DNA of 64,000 nucleotides, taken from positions 1,180,001 through 1,244,000 of the forward strand of contig NW_026974140.1 of assembly GCF_037042905.1 (NCBI RefSeq). Direction: 5' to 3'. Made by a program: the position numbers and the translations under genes. The notes below the pieces were generated by a model that was not told where the DNA came from, searched no databases, and saw only the letters and a list, made by a program, of their open reading frames with translations. Shown one piece after another: positions 1 to 12,256 of the stretch; position 1 is the first letter of the stretch; each line of letters starts with the position of its first letter. The DNA is from Lytechinus pictus (lineage: Eukaryota).

Positions 1-3000
1 TTGATAGGGACCTATATTGTCATTGCATTCACTGTTGGGCTATATGCAGGTAGGATTTGTATACATCCATAAATAGTGAAAATAACATGTATGGGTAACA
101 CATTAAAATGGGTCATTGCATAGAAAATAGGAATTTTCAATGTATTTCTTTGTGCTAGTGTGAGTGTACAGATATAAAAGAATAGAAAAGTAGCTATTCA
201 AAAAAATAAAATACATAAGTCACATAATATAGGTTCCACGAGCCTAATTACATCAGGAGGGCTAAAGATATTCGTTCGACCCAACCCATTCGAATTTTTG
301 TCAATTTGATATTGCTGATTGACAAAAATGTATGAATGTGATTCAAAATCTAACACTGATTCTAGAAATGGTAACTACTGGACTTACTTCGCCCAAATTG
401 GGAAGATAAATAAGTAATTTGGAACTATTTTTTGACTGGCGGAATAATTAGGACTATTTTACTGTTTCAGTTGATGAATTCGATCGATTCATAGTTATCT
501 TCATAAATGGCGATTTATTTTTAAAATGAGCTGGCTACGGTACCCTTTCCTGGTCAGATTTGGAATGTCAGATATATATCCTATCCATTGGTAGTAAACA
601 TTCCACCCTCTAATTTCACATTTATTTTTTATGAATTTTTCAAAAGTGCCATTTTAACACACAAGTCTATGGGGAACGTTTTACGCGCGTGACACCTATA
701 CCGTACTGTTAACATTTTGTCCAGGGTTGTTTACACATGGTCGAAAGCTGGCGGCATTTCGAAGAATATTTCAATGTCGTTTCGGGCCGCAGTGGAATAC
801 TTCAGAAATAATGATAAAAATTATATTTTAAACAAATCCTGGGAGGTTGATACACCTAATTTTGTACCTGCATGCCTTTTGATCTTGTGTTTTAATGACG
901 ACATATCTCAAACAAATGCATATTTCTCTACAAAGCATTTGTATAACTGGTTTCTCATAAGACAAAACAAATTGAAATACAGCATTTATTTCTCATGAAC
1001 AACTAAATCCACAACCCTTGCAAGCAGGGGTGAACCCCCGTAAATTTTTGTTGGGTATGCTACTTTTGGGAAGATTAAAAATCACCTTCATTTGGTAGTC
1101 ATTAAATACCACTTTTCCTTCTTTTTTCTTTTTGGCTTGTCAATTTTTTTTTAAGTTGACAGAAATCAACTTTATTCTATGAATATGAAGACCCCCTTCT
1201 GGGGGGGGTGGGGGTTCTCACAATTTTCTTTTCCCTTTCTTTTTAATTTAGACGGGGTGGGGTGGCACAGTTAGCCAAATTTGAGGGGCCCGATTTGTGT
1301 AGGCCTATGGGGTAAAAAAAAATTGAACCCGCAAAGCGAACTAGCAAAAATTTTGACATTTCGATATAAATAAAATTTTTGATGCATTTTTACATTTAAA
1401 AAACCATCATATTCACCCTTCTTCCTTCTCTTTTTTCTACCCTCCTTTTGATCATGAAACTTCTGGGGTCCATGGCCCCAAGACCTTATATTTAGGCCAA
1501 TATCTCCATATCTCCCTCTGGATCGACACCTATGATGGCGACAGTGATGATCATGATTGATGTTGATTGATTATAATCCTATCCCACCCTCAATTTTAAA
1601 TCAATTTTGATATGTTGGATAATTAAACAAAAAATATTTGTTTAATGGTTAACGATGCTAATTCTCGAATAAAGCAGTTATTTCTAATATGAAATGAGAA
1701 ATACTGATGCAGTTATAATTAGAGAAGGTAGAAGCAAGATAACTAAAGAAATTAGTGAACAGGCAGTGGGGAGAAATATTCTCAATAGCCCTTTATGAAA
1801 AAGATCCAACATTGGTGGATCAAAAAGCTGCATTCTCTATATCTTGGAAAGTTATTATTCATATTTATATGGTTTGTTAGATATGTAAATCTACATGTTA
1901 CAAGTTAATTATGTTCTTAAAAAAACTCAATGATTTTTTTCTTATTTCAAAACTTATAAAAAGATGAACATATCAACTGTAGAAGATGTGAACATTTTTA
2001 TGAAAGATGGAAAAATAAAGGCAGCTCATTGCTAATCCATCTGCAAAAAGTAAAGGAATAGAAGCAAGCAAGTTATCTATTATAATTTACAGCATACAAT
2101 TTTATTGCTAATATTAATTAATCAATATCATTTTACACTTCATGTTTTCATTAATTACTACTGGCAGTTATTTTAAATATTTTCTTTAAATTCACAAATA
2201 CAGGTATTATAAAATTCATTCATAAATATTATCATTTATAATTACCTACCACATAAAATATGTATTTACAGCAATTGTTAGTTACCTGGAACATATGCAA
2301 AACAGAGACAACATCCAAAAAGTAAAGAAATATAGGGAGGCAATTGCTTTAATTCTGGGATTGGAATTTATTAATAAATAATCATCAAACATGTATCTTA
2401 TTTTCATATATTACTTGTACTATATATTGCTATTTTAAACAATACTGTGTTAAATTCAAATATATATTTTTCAATAAAAATATCCAATATAATAATATTC
2501 ATTATAACAATATTCATTTGTATCCTGCATCAAATAAATATGTTTGTACAACAATTGTTTTACTTTTCTGTAGAAAATACAATATGTGAAAGTAAGCATG
2601 CAGTTAATAAATTATTTCAAATTTCAAGAAAATACATCAAAGAAATACACATGAGTGTTAGTGTGGAATTTTGCTGTTAATATTTTCATTGAAATAATAT
2701 TCATATCTTCTGTTCAAGTTTATCATCTTGATAATTATTCTAAATCATGCATATTTACAAATAATTTAAAGACATTTCTTACTTGCTGGACATTTAGCAC
2801 ATGTGTAATTTTATGTACAAATATTGACCTGCTAACTGGATGTTGTACAATATGAGCATACGATTGAGTTAATCAATATCTATATATATATGTACATATA
2901 TTATTTCATTTGTTAACACAATATATCGGATACTTGGTTAAAACAACAAAGCAAGTTCTTATTCCTTGCAGGCAAGCTTCATTAGCCTTAATCTCAAATG

Positions 3001-3053
3001 AAGAGAGTCTGAATATTCAAACAATTCTTTTTTTATCAATCATTTTTCTACAG

Positions 3054-4550
3054 TCCATTAAATTTCCCTGCACACAAGAAGAAGTGCGTGATACCCAAAG
3101 ACGTTTCTTCCTTCTGGCAAGCTTTCCCAACGTGGTTGGGGCTATTGACGGTACTCATGTTCGGATCAATGGAGTCCCCCTAGGAGCAGCCGAACATCTC
3201 TTTGTAAACAGAAAGGGCTTCTACAGTATAAATGTCCAACTAACATGCAATGCCCGGTATGAGATAACGAGCATTTCTGCTCGATGGCCTGGATCTACGC
3301 ACGATAGCAGGATTTGCAGGGTAAGATTTGAAGGTTTTTTATCCTCCCTTCCCCCTCCCCCCCCCCCAAAAAAAATAGATAACATGAAAAAAAAAATCAA
3401 CATGACTCAGTTAGTATTCTTGAACTGTATAAAGTGCTTTATAAATGTTGTATATTATTGTTATTATTTTAAGTTAGATGAATTCATAAGTAGGGCTATA
3501 AAATGAACCTGGAGCCATAACTAGGAATTTGGAAACATTATACTGAACAAAAAGAAATTTTCAGTACAATGAATACTATAAAATGTAAATGTACCTCATA
3601 GCTATAGATTGGGGATTTTGTCAATAACAACCACTGCTAATTCAAGCCAGAAGGAAGCAAATTGTGGTCTAGAGCAATAATGAAGCTAAAGTTACAATGT
3701 TAGTCACTCTTTATACAAATGCCAGAAGAACTGAGGGGGAAATTTTCATAGGAAATGTCTTGCTCTCATTTCAACAGACCAGCGTAATTGCCCAGGCCTT
3801 CAGAGAAGGAGCACTAAATGGATTGTTGCTGGGGGACTCTGGCTACGGCCTCCAATCATGGCTAATGACACCGGTTCCACTGCCAAGAACACGAGGAGAG
3901 AGAAGATACAATCAGTATGTAACAATCAATGCCACCATTTTCTTAGTTAATAATACCTACTGCATTACCTGTCCACTGTATACCAATAATATATCATATT
4001 TATCTTACAACAGATAACATGGCATTTGAAACTTCACTCACAATAATCATGTGTAAGAGTAAAGGAGCAAGAAAAAAAAATCCTGAGATCATCATAGATA
4101 ACATTGTTTCTTCCTTAAGACAAAAAACGGCCGGGGGGGGGTGAATCAACCCCCTACGGCCACAGAACAACCAAAAAAGCCAGGCCTAGTTAGGGTTAAA
4201 AGACCTCTGAGAAGGAAATAAGTAGTCCTATTAATCTTCTCTCTCTCTCATTTTCAAACAGAGCTCACAGTTGCACCAGAGTTGTGATAGAACAAGTCAA
4301 CGGACAATTGAAGTCTAAATTCCGTTGCCTGATTGGTGGAGGGCTCAACATGATTCCAGAACGAGCGAGCGATGTGATAACGGCATGTGCCTGCCTTCAT
4401 AACATAAGCAAGCAGATGAAGCAGCCAGAGGTTGAACAGGAGAGGGTTGACGACGACGCTGGTGATGAAGCCAACGACCTCAATGAAGAGGGGGATGCCA
4501 TGACAGGAAAACAAGTTAGAGATGACATCATTCGTAGTTTTTTTGCATAA
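3054..4550 (+). CDS. PIF/Harbinger DDE transposase (HARBI1-like), last three exons: 3054-3320, 3778-3914, 4262-4550; N-terminal exons not found in the window
   Basis: GT-AG junctions (ctacag|TCC, AGG|gtaaga, caacag|ACC, CA|gtatgt, aaacag|A) join in frame. Motifs FPNVVGAIDGTHV, NRKGFYSINVQ, WPGSTHDS, LLGDSGYGLQSWLMTP and AHSCTRVVIEQVNGQLKSKFRCL give the D-D-E triad; ACACLHN follows; stop at 4548-4550. Confidence 0.93.
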
Positions 4551-4864
4551 ATCAACTGTCAGTTTGTCATCCTTTAAATTTACTTGTACCAAAAATTTAT
4601 CTGTCATCGGTTTTAATACCAAACTTTTGAAGAAAAAGTCCTTTACTATTGTCTGGTTGCTATAAAATTCCTAATCATCAATTGTAAGTTTTCATTTGAA
4701 ACCATATCTAATGAAACAAATTAGAACACAGTACCTTTGTGTGCATTTAATGATAAATGCAATTATTTCCAATCACTTTCTTTCAAACCGTGATTGTTCT
4801 AACTATTCCACAATTGGTCTTTATAGTTATTACTTTCTTTACTCTATCAAAATTGTTTATGGAA

Positions 4865-7800
4865 TTATGATTCATTCTCTGACACATTGCCACTAAGTTT
4901 GTTAAATATTTGCTTCAATAATTGAACTTTTTCTCTCTCAACCTCTAGTCTCTGCCTCATTACACCTAGCTTTTCCTTTTCACACTCCAGCAACTCCCAC
5001 TGATAATCTGCTTTCCTTTTTCGCACTTGTCGAAGGTTAGAATGCTGTGGTTTTTGCCGTCGATCTTGTTGATGGTGTTCTTGCAAAGGTTGCACTTGCT
5101 GTTGCTGGGTCTGGAGTGACTGGTGTTGTTGTTGGGTATGGTGCTGTGTCTGGTGTTGTTGCTGTTGTTGCTGTGTCTGGTGTTGTTGCTGCAACTGCTG
5201 CTGCTGTTGATGCTGCCGTGTTGTCTGATATTGCTCTTCCATGTTATCAAAGTCTTCCGTATTCGTTAGCTGAAATTTAAATACAGTAAAATGTTAAAAT
5301 TTTTACCTTTGAAATACAGAGACTTTTTAATCAGCAATGAAAAAACAAAAACTCATTTAGACTTTGTAAATATTTTTTATTAATCCAAAAAAAGATTTAT
5401 TACTGTAGATCATCGTTAATAGTGCATGTATCATTAAATTGATATTTTCATAAGAATATTACAAATATCATTTTTTTGTGTGTCATTTAAGGTCTAATTT
5501 CATTACATCCTTTTTAAGTAAGAAAGCTGTAGAGACTCCATTTTTCTGTGATGAATAAAATGAAAGAGTTTGAGGAACATAAAAAGAACATGCAAATCTA
5601 ATTCTTTTGCAATTTAAGAAAGTAAACAGAAAAAAAATCTGTATAATCCTGAAAATCATTTCCAAATCTAAAAAAAAAAAATCAGTTCAAAGCAGTATCT
5701 ACGAATTAACGCTGCTTTCACTATCTATTCTTCAAGTAAAAAAGTATCTGTATACCGGGTGACATGTTCATAAAATGTCTAATGAAAATGTAAACTTTGA
5801 TGTTTAGAACATCAAGATTTGCATTTTAGAAAACTGAAAAAATGGTGTCTCTAGTGTAAAGCGATAATATGCCCTTTCTATTGGAAAATTTCAAAAAAAA
5901 GAAAGAGAGAAAGAGAGAAATTGGGAGGGGAGATTGCACAGATCATAAAATTTACTAGTTTTATCAAATGGTAAAACTACAATTTACAACATGCATAATT
6001 TTTGTTTTATTTAGGGGGGAGGGAATCTAGGCTTATTAAAAGGTACCCCCCCTTCCAAAAAAAGCGGGCAATTTTCCTCATTTTTATAACAAATATAGAA
6101 ATGTAAATATTGAAGATCTAGGAGATGAACAAGAGCAAAAGGTAGATTTGAAAAGGAGAAAGAGAAGAATAAGTAGTACAAGATTCACAGGTGTGCTTTG
6201 GCACCACTCTTGCATTCTTATGTAATTGTTTTCACAAGAACTGGTGGTGTATGTTTGCAGACAAAGTTTCTGTTTCCATTGTAAGAAGAGAAGAAGAAAT
6301 ATACAGAGGATACATGAAATATATGAATGACAGAAGAGTTGCAAATGAAGCATTAGAAATGATTACTCACTAAGGCAATTAAATTCCCTCCTTCACTATC
6401 TTGGCCAAGAAAGCCCATGCATGCAGGTTTAGGTAGCACCTCCATGACCATTTCATGGCGCTGATGGAATCTGGGTCGAGGGCCACCACCTATTAAGATG
6501 AGTTAATGTGTTTAAAGGATTTTCCTGCTAACTTCATGAACTTATCGTTGGGATAAATGAAAGTTCCTTCATTATGATGTGAAATCAATTGTCAATGTCT
6601 ATCAAAATTATTTAGCAAATATTTAAGGTCCATTTGATTTCAACATGTGATTGACTTTTAGGAAAATCGAATTCAATTAAACATGAACAGCATTCTAATT
6701 GGCACAAACAGTAATCAAATTTGCACAGGATACAACATTACAAAGGTTCCAATGATCAATCAATTTCATCAACAAGCATGGAATTTTTGTATTTCATGCA
6801 TCTTATTCTATATTATATGAACCAATAATTGTTAAAATCCTACGATGAATAAATTCACAAGGAAAAAACAAATTGTTACAACAGGACACATATTGGGTGA
6901 TTTCAAGTTCAGTGTTGACCTTTTGGTGTTGGTGTTGGGTCAATTTTTACACAATTATAAGTCCAAACATAAAATGAGGATGGTCCCGAAAAGTCACTCA
7001 CTAGTTGTTGAGATGTCAATAATGTGATCTGGATCAGTTTTACAAACTCTGAATAAGTTTTGGAGCTAGGGGAAGCAATCGAAATTTCAACACTAACACC
7101 AACACCAAGGCCAACACCGAACTTGAAATCACCCATTGTCGACGGGCATTCAAAGTGTTCAAATGTAGAACATACAATAATTTCAAAATGTAACCAAGGT
7201 TCGTGAAATATGTCTCAATCTTACCTGTACGTGAACGGTCATCACGGTACTTTTTGGCCCTCGACACCATCTTGTGCCATAGGTCACGGAGGTGCACACC
7301 AGGGGCCTTCTTGGCATTAGAAATGGGCAGACCACCACTCATCAATGTGGTGGCTGCCCTGTCCCATGCCTCTGCAACCCGTCCTTTGGTCTGAAAGGTA
7401 GACGAAAAAATGCATTAAATCTGTGTTTTGTTTATCAAATTTGATGTTTTGTTCTGAATGACACACACTCAATAACAAGTGGAACGCCCCTGGCAGTCTC
7501 GCCTGCATTACGCAATTCAATACAGCAGCAGTGCTGATGGTTAACGTTCGTTCATTTACCCTAAATGACCTTTGACCTTGATCATGTGACCTGACACTGA
7601 TGCAAGATAATCAGCAATACTTGTTTAATCCTTTGTTCAAGTATCATGAAAAAGGCCTTTAAACTTTTAAAGTTATGTTGACATTTCAAAAAAACTTAAC
7701 CATGGTCCAAGTTCATTGACCTTAAATGACCTTTGACCTTCATAATGTGACCTGGAAATTTGTGCAGAATGAGCAGTGATACTTGGTTACCCTTATGTCC

Positions 7801-8730
7801 AAGTTTCATGAAGTAGGTCCATATACGTTCTAAGTTATGACATTTCATAAAATTAACCTTGGTCAAGATTTCATTGTTGACGCTGCCATCGTCGCCGCTG
7901 CTATCGTCACCATCGGAAAAGCGGCGCCTATAGTCTCGCTATGCTATGCAGGCGAGACAAAAATTATGAAATGTTCTAGATATTTTGAACATAAATTTTA
8001 CCATTTTCATTACTAGACTAATAATTTCTTTATTTATTAAACAGATTTAGTTCATTGTATGTTGTAAATGTAAAAAGGTGTATGTCAATATTTTTTAACA
8101 ATAAAAAGTCTGTGCTGATGACCACAAGAAACACTTTAAAAGTTCAAAATCAAATCAAGATTCATTCATTTAATGAAGCATATGAAATGAAATTTAAACA
8201 AGATCAATTATACAATTTATCAAGTAAAACAATTTGGGAACATTGAATGAAACAAAACATATTTTGTGAGGAAGATTGGGAGGATATGGAGAAAATGGCA
8301 AGAGGTGAAAAGAGGGTTGAGAAAGACAAATTAAAAATGATAACTTGCATTTAAAAAGATGAAGCTGAATAGGATTATAGGATAATTTGCATGCATACTA
8401 TTGAATGTTGCAGGGACCTTCATAAAACAAAACTCGATTCTGGATGATTATTTCTTTAATTTTGACATTATAAAATTGATAGCAATAATAAAATTTATTT
8501 GAAATATTGGGAAGATTGCGATACAAGTTACAGAAATAAGAATCCTGTAATAACTATTGTCTGCATATGAATTAAACTGGTACTTGGATTAAACAATGTC
8601 ATGGTTTCTACAATAAAGTGGTACTTACATTTGGCTTGTCACTACACGGAAATAATTCAGTGTAATTCTCTCTCACATATGAACATATCGCCTGTACTTG
8701 GGCGTCGTTATATGTTACTCTCGGTCCATC
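4865..8730 (-). CDS. Harbinger-associated Myb/SANT-like DNA-binding protein; exons 8730-8629, 7390-7225, 6489-6371, 5269-4865; first exon uncertain (candidate ATG ATG|gtacgc at 10396-10391)
   Basis: All four exons have AG/GT boundaries and compatible phases. Spliced product: DGPRVTYNDAQVQAICSYVRENYTELF...AEAWDRAA...LRDLWHKMVSRAKK...RTGGGPRP...poly-Q...ELLECEKEKL (coiled coil). The spaced Trp residues and the RTGGG motif are typical of Harbinger ORF2 proteins. The gene is convergent with the transposase. Confidence 0.88.
6895..7134. mobile_element. MITE with 3-bp TSD (Harbinger/ISL2EU-like) in an intron of the Myb-like gene
   Basis: TIR GGGTGATTTCAAGTTC...GAACTTGAAATCACCC, with ATT on both flanks (6892-6894 and 7135-7137). 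Confidence 0.75.
7474..7962 (-). mobile_element. Helentron-associated non-autonomous element (HINE/DINE-1-like)
   Basis: Subterminal inverted repeats GTCTCGCCTGCAT (~7495) and ATGCAGGCGAGAC (~7946), an extra local inverted copy, internal TGACCTTTGACC core repeats, and A/T-run boundaries. Confidence 0.65.
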
Positions 8731-8939
8731 CTGTTTCAAAACAATGGAAAATTTAAAAATAAAGAATGGATGGAATTTACAATGAACACTGGCCCATTTT
8801 ATACATCAAAATCAGACCTAATTTCACTAAAGTTCATGTTACAAAAAATATCAATGATGAAGTGCTCATTCAGCATCCTGCTAAAAAAAATCATGTAATT
8901 TTTCCAAGGTTGAAGTTAAATTTATAACAATGGTAATTG

Positions 8940-10310
8940 TCTCAAAAATATGCTCGAAATGACAAAATTAAAGATTTTAGCACTCTGGTGAATGAAAAAA
9001 AAAATGATTCCCAAGACCAAGTCTACGTCACTTGCACTCTGCAACCACCCTGTCTGTGGTGGGTCATACATTAAACATTTAACATACATTAAAATAAGTC
9101 TTTAAAATATCACTTTTGAGTTTTGTGAAGAAAAAAAAAAAAAAACACCCAGTTCCAGTCTTAGGAATCATATTTTTATTCACCAGAAAGTCCAGAGTGC
9201 TCAAAAGCTTTAATTTTGAGCATATTTTGGTGACCTCTATGGGTGGAAAACTGAGATTGATGCAGATCTTCATCTCCACAGACTCTCTTTAGAGTTTAGA
9301 GGCTAATTAGAAAAAAAAATTTTAAAGAATCCAATTTAGTTTTGGGCCAAGACATATTTTTTTATGATGAATTAGAATCTACTGAACTAAAATAAAATGT
9401 GCCAAGAAATCAAGCATTTATCCATTCTAGATCAAGAAAAATAAGTCAAACATTGACAATCTTATTCATGTTCAATTTCATTTCATGTCTATTTTCGAAC
9501 AATAAATTATGGATTTATCATGGATTTATCTTGGATTTATGTAAGTTTAACACACATGGGTTTCTAACTGAGGACAAGATTATCATAATATTTATGGGTG
9601 AACATTGGATAAGTGGTCTACGTTACATCTATTAGTAATACTAATAGATCTCACGTAGAGCATTTATCCAATGTATTACATTCAAGGACGAGGTGCTCCA
9701 TAAAGATAAAGTGCGATCGAGTTTGGAAAACTCTGTGGGGATGATAGTTAAATGTCAGAAATTATTAATAAATCCCCAGAATCTGAAGGCTTTTTATGTC
9801 TAGGCCTAGACCATGTGCACTCTGCAACCACCCTGTATGTGATGAATCTATGCATCATACAACACACACTCAAAAAGTCTTTAAAATACCCTTTGTGACA
9901 ATAAAAAAATCAGTTGCCATTGATTAAGTTCTGATTTTCTAGACTTGGGTCTTTGGGGAATAATTTTTTTTTTATTCACCAGAGCGCTAAAAAAACCTCT
10001 TTAATTTTAGGCAGATATTTATGACAACTTCTTTTGGTGGAAAACTGAGATTGATGGCAATCTCCATCTCCATAGATAGTCACAGACTCTCTTTTTAATT
10101 CAGAAAAAATAATTAAAAGAATGCATTCTACTAGTACTACATTCAATGTCAAAACAAATCACGCATTTGATTTATCCCCCCCCCCCCCCAAACAAGAAGT
10201 CAAGAGAAAAAAAACCAAACATTATTCCCACTTTATTTCACCACACAGGGGTTACTAACTCAGGACAAGGTTATATCATAACCTTGTACATTGGATAAGT
10301 GACCTAGACT
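8940..10310. repeat. Diverged direct duplication (~9035-9640 vs ~9818-10310) with a partial inverted copy at 8940-9025
   Basis: The blocks CACTCTGCAACCACCCTGT, GGTGGAAAACTGAGATTGAT, CACAGACTCTCTTT and GGACAAG(A/G)TTAT occur in the same order in both copies. Confidence 0.6.
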
Positions 10311-11636
10311 AAGTATAGCTTTAGTCTAGATCTAGTACAACTACAACTAACAAGTTACAAGTACAAGTTAGAATTGTCGAGCTCGCGTACCATCATTTTC
10401 GCGAAAGTAAAAAAAAACACAGAAAGGCATTGGTGGGACCACAATGAGTCTTCTCGCACCAATTTCATGCCTCTAAACTGTTGCTCCAATACCATTCCGT
10501 ATCAAGGCAATCTAAATATTCAGGCCAATATGCAAAAGTAATATCATTATTTTCATTTCATCGGCTCAAATACTTTCAAAAACTGTACTTACCGTCGGTT
10601 CTTCTGTGTTCGTGTCCACTCCTAGTACCAATGAGGTCCAACATTACATGTATGGACCTCATAGGCGACATCAGTAGTATTTTTGGTTAGAAATCTCTGA
10701 GAACAGGATATTTAGGCAATTATATCACAAGTACAAGCTCTATTCCTTTCTCTTATTTAAATTATAATTTTATAGTGTAAATGCATCGTTAGCAACAACA
10801 AAAAATGAAAGAAATGAAGGGGAACTTACATTTTCACGGCTTTTTCCTGATTTTCTGGGCAGCTGCTCTTCTCTTCTGACTCGCGATCGAAGCTGATATG
10901 AAGATCACGTGATTCGCGTTCTCGTCAGCTGATCGGTTGGTTATTCTTTTCGTCAGACGTTAATAATATATATTTTATAATGCTAGCATTCATCGCTAAT
11001 TTAGGTGAAAGAGATTAGAGTTAAACAGCGCCAGGTCGGAATCATAATTATTTGGGAAGAGTGTATTTATACACTCGATCTCATACCTGACGTAGACGGC
11101 GCTATTCAACAAATGCACAATCTTCAATATAAAAAATAAAACAGAAAGAACGCCTTGAACACAGGCCAAAATGCCTAACGATTTATCCGCGGCATTAACA
11201 ACTATCGTAAAGGGCGCTCCATTTATCAATAAAGATGGACGCTAAGCTGTCTATGGCGACAAAATTTGCCGCAAATATTTACGAAGAATTGTGAGAAATG
11301 GTCTGAAAATGCAACAAAAGAACCGGTGAGTACCGATTAAACATTATTAAAGTTATAAATAGATTATACATACCTTGTAGATTTAGTTTTTAAGGTGATA
11401 TTAGTGCTTAGTTCTAAGCTAGGGAGGCCCAAACGCGCGTGAGTGGAGTCCCAGTTTATTAGCACGGGTAAGTATTGGGGTGTCGCCTAGAGTGTTCGTG
11501 TCCATCTTTGCTCAGACAGCAGCAGCAGCAGAAGGGTACGATCGCGAGAATTTTTAATGTTTTTCTTTGCCGCTAGTTTGGGGCGGAGCCTAATTGGTCA
11601 GTAGGCTCGTTCACTACGATGTAATAATTAAAACCG

Positions 11637-11745
11637 TCTGACAAGATGTCAGACGGCCGCTGCGAGCTTCATGAAACGGTTTTTTGGTCAGTTCTGACAA
11701 GATGTCAGACGATGACGTAGTTGTCGGATCTGACAAGATGTCAGA
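11637..11745. repeat. Three subterminal palindromes TCTGACA-AGA-TGTCAGA of the Harbinger right end
   Basis: Identical 17-mers at 11637, 11693 and 11729. Confidence 0.85.
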
Positions 11746-12256
11746 CGGGAAATGTTCATGAAACGCCCCCCAGGGGTCCGTTGCAGAAAGAGTTGCGTTT
11801 AAACGCAAGTCCTAAAAAATCAATCGCAAGTCCCAAATGCGCGCTGTTAATTTATTTATTTATTTATTTATTTATTTATTCACACATATTTAAACAGGTT
11901 CACAAGATCAGAGATAAAATTACTGTTTTTCATCTTGGTCCTGGTGTATAAAAAACATGATAAAATAGTAATGACAATAATAGGCATATAACAATAGGCA
12001 TATATCGAAAAACAGGGTAAGACATAAAAGTATCAGCGTAATACAAAAACATGAAAACATTATAGATCACCTTATTATTAGTGGTAAAAAAATAGATCGG
12101 CCTACATGAAAGAAGGGTAGGTATACGTATGACCTTATCAACTACAGTATATAAACAAATTGCAAAAATAAGTAGGGGCTGAGAGTTTTGAATAATGATA
12201 GACAGAATAAAATTGTAATGTAAATTACTGAATATATAAGTTCAGGGATGGGATTA

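Larger units (their letters stand above)
3054..11770. mobile_element. PIF/Harbinger DNA transposon (right portion; left end not seen, probably upstream of the window)
   Basis: Transposase plus Myb-like gene pair. The right end reads GGGGGCGTTTCATGAAC on the - strand and is followed by CAG (CWG-type target). Three subterminal palindromes lie just inside the end. Confidence 0.82.

Noticed and set aside
1690..2050. Possible decayed L1/Tx1 ORF2 C-terminus or upstream transposase exon
   Set aside because: Stops in the frames examined and no diagnostic motif; cannot be supported.
8110..8150. CTGATGA...GAAA hammerhead-like core
   Set aside because: There is no stem II, and stem I and the cleavage triplet do not pair convincingly.
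10590..11470. Extra splice donors and short ORFs upstream of the Myb-like gene (possible third Harbinger gene)
   Set aside because: Donor-like sites exist (~10591 and ~10829 on -, ~11326 and ~11468 on +), but no coherent ORF or motif; more likely 5' UTR exons or promoter.
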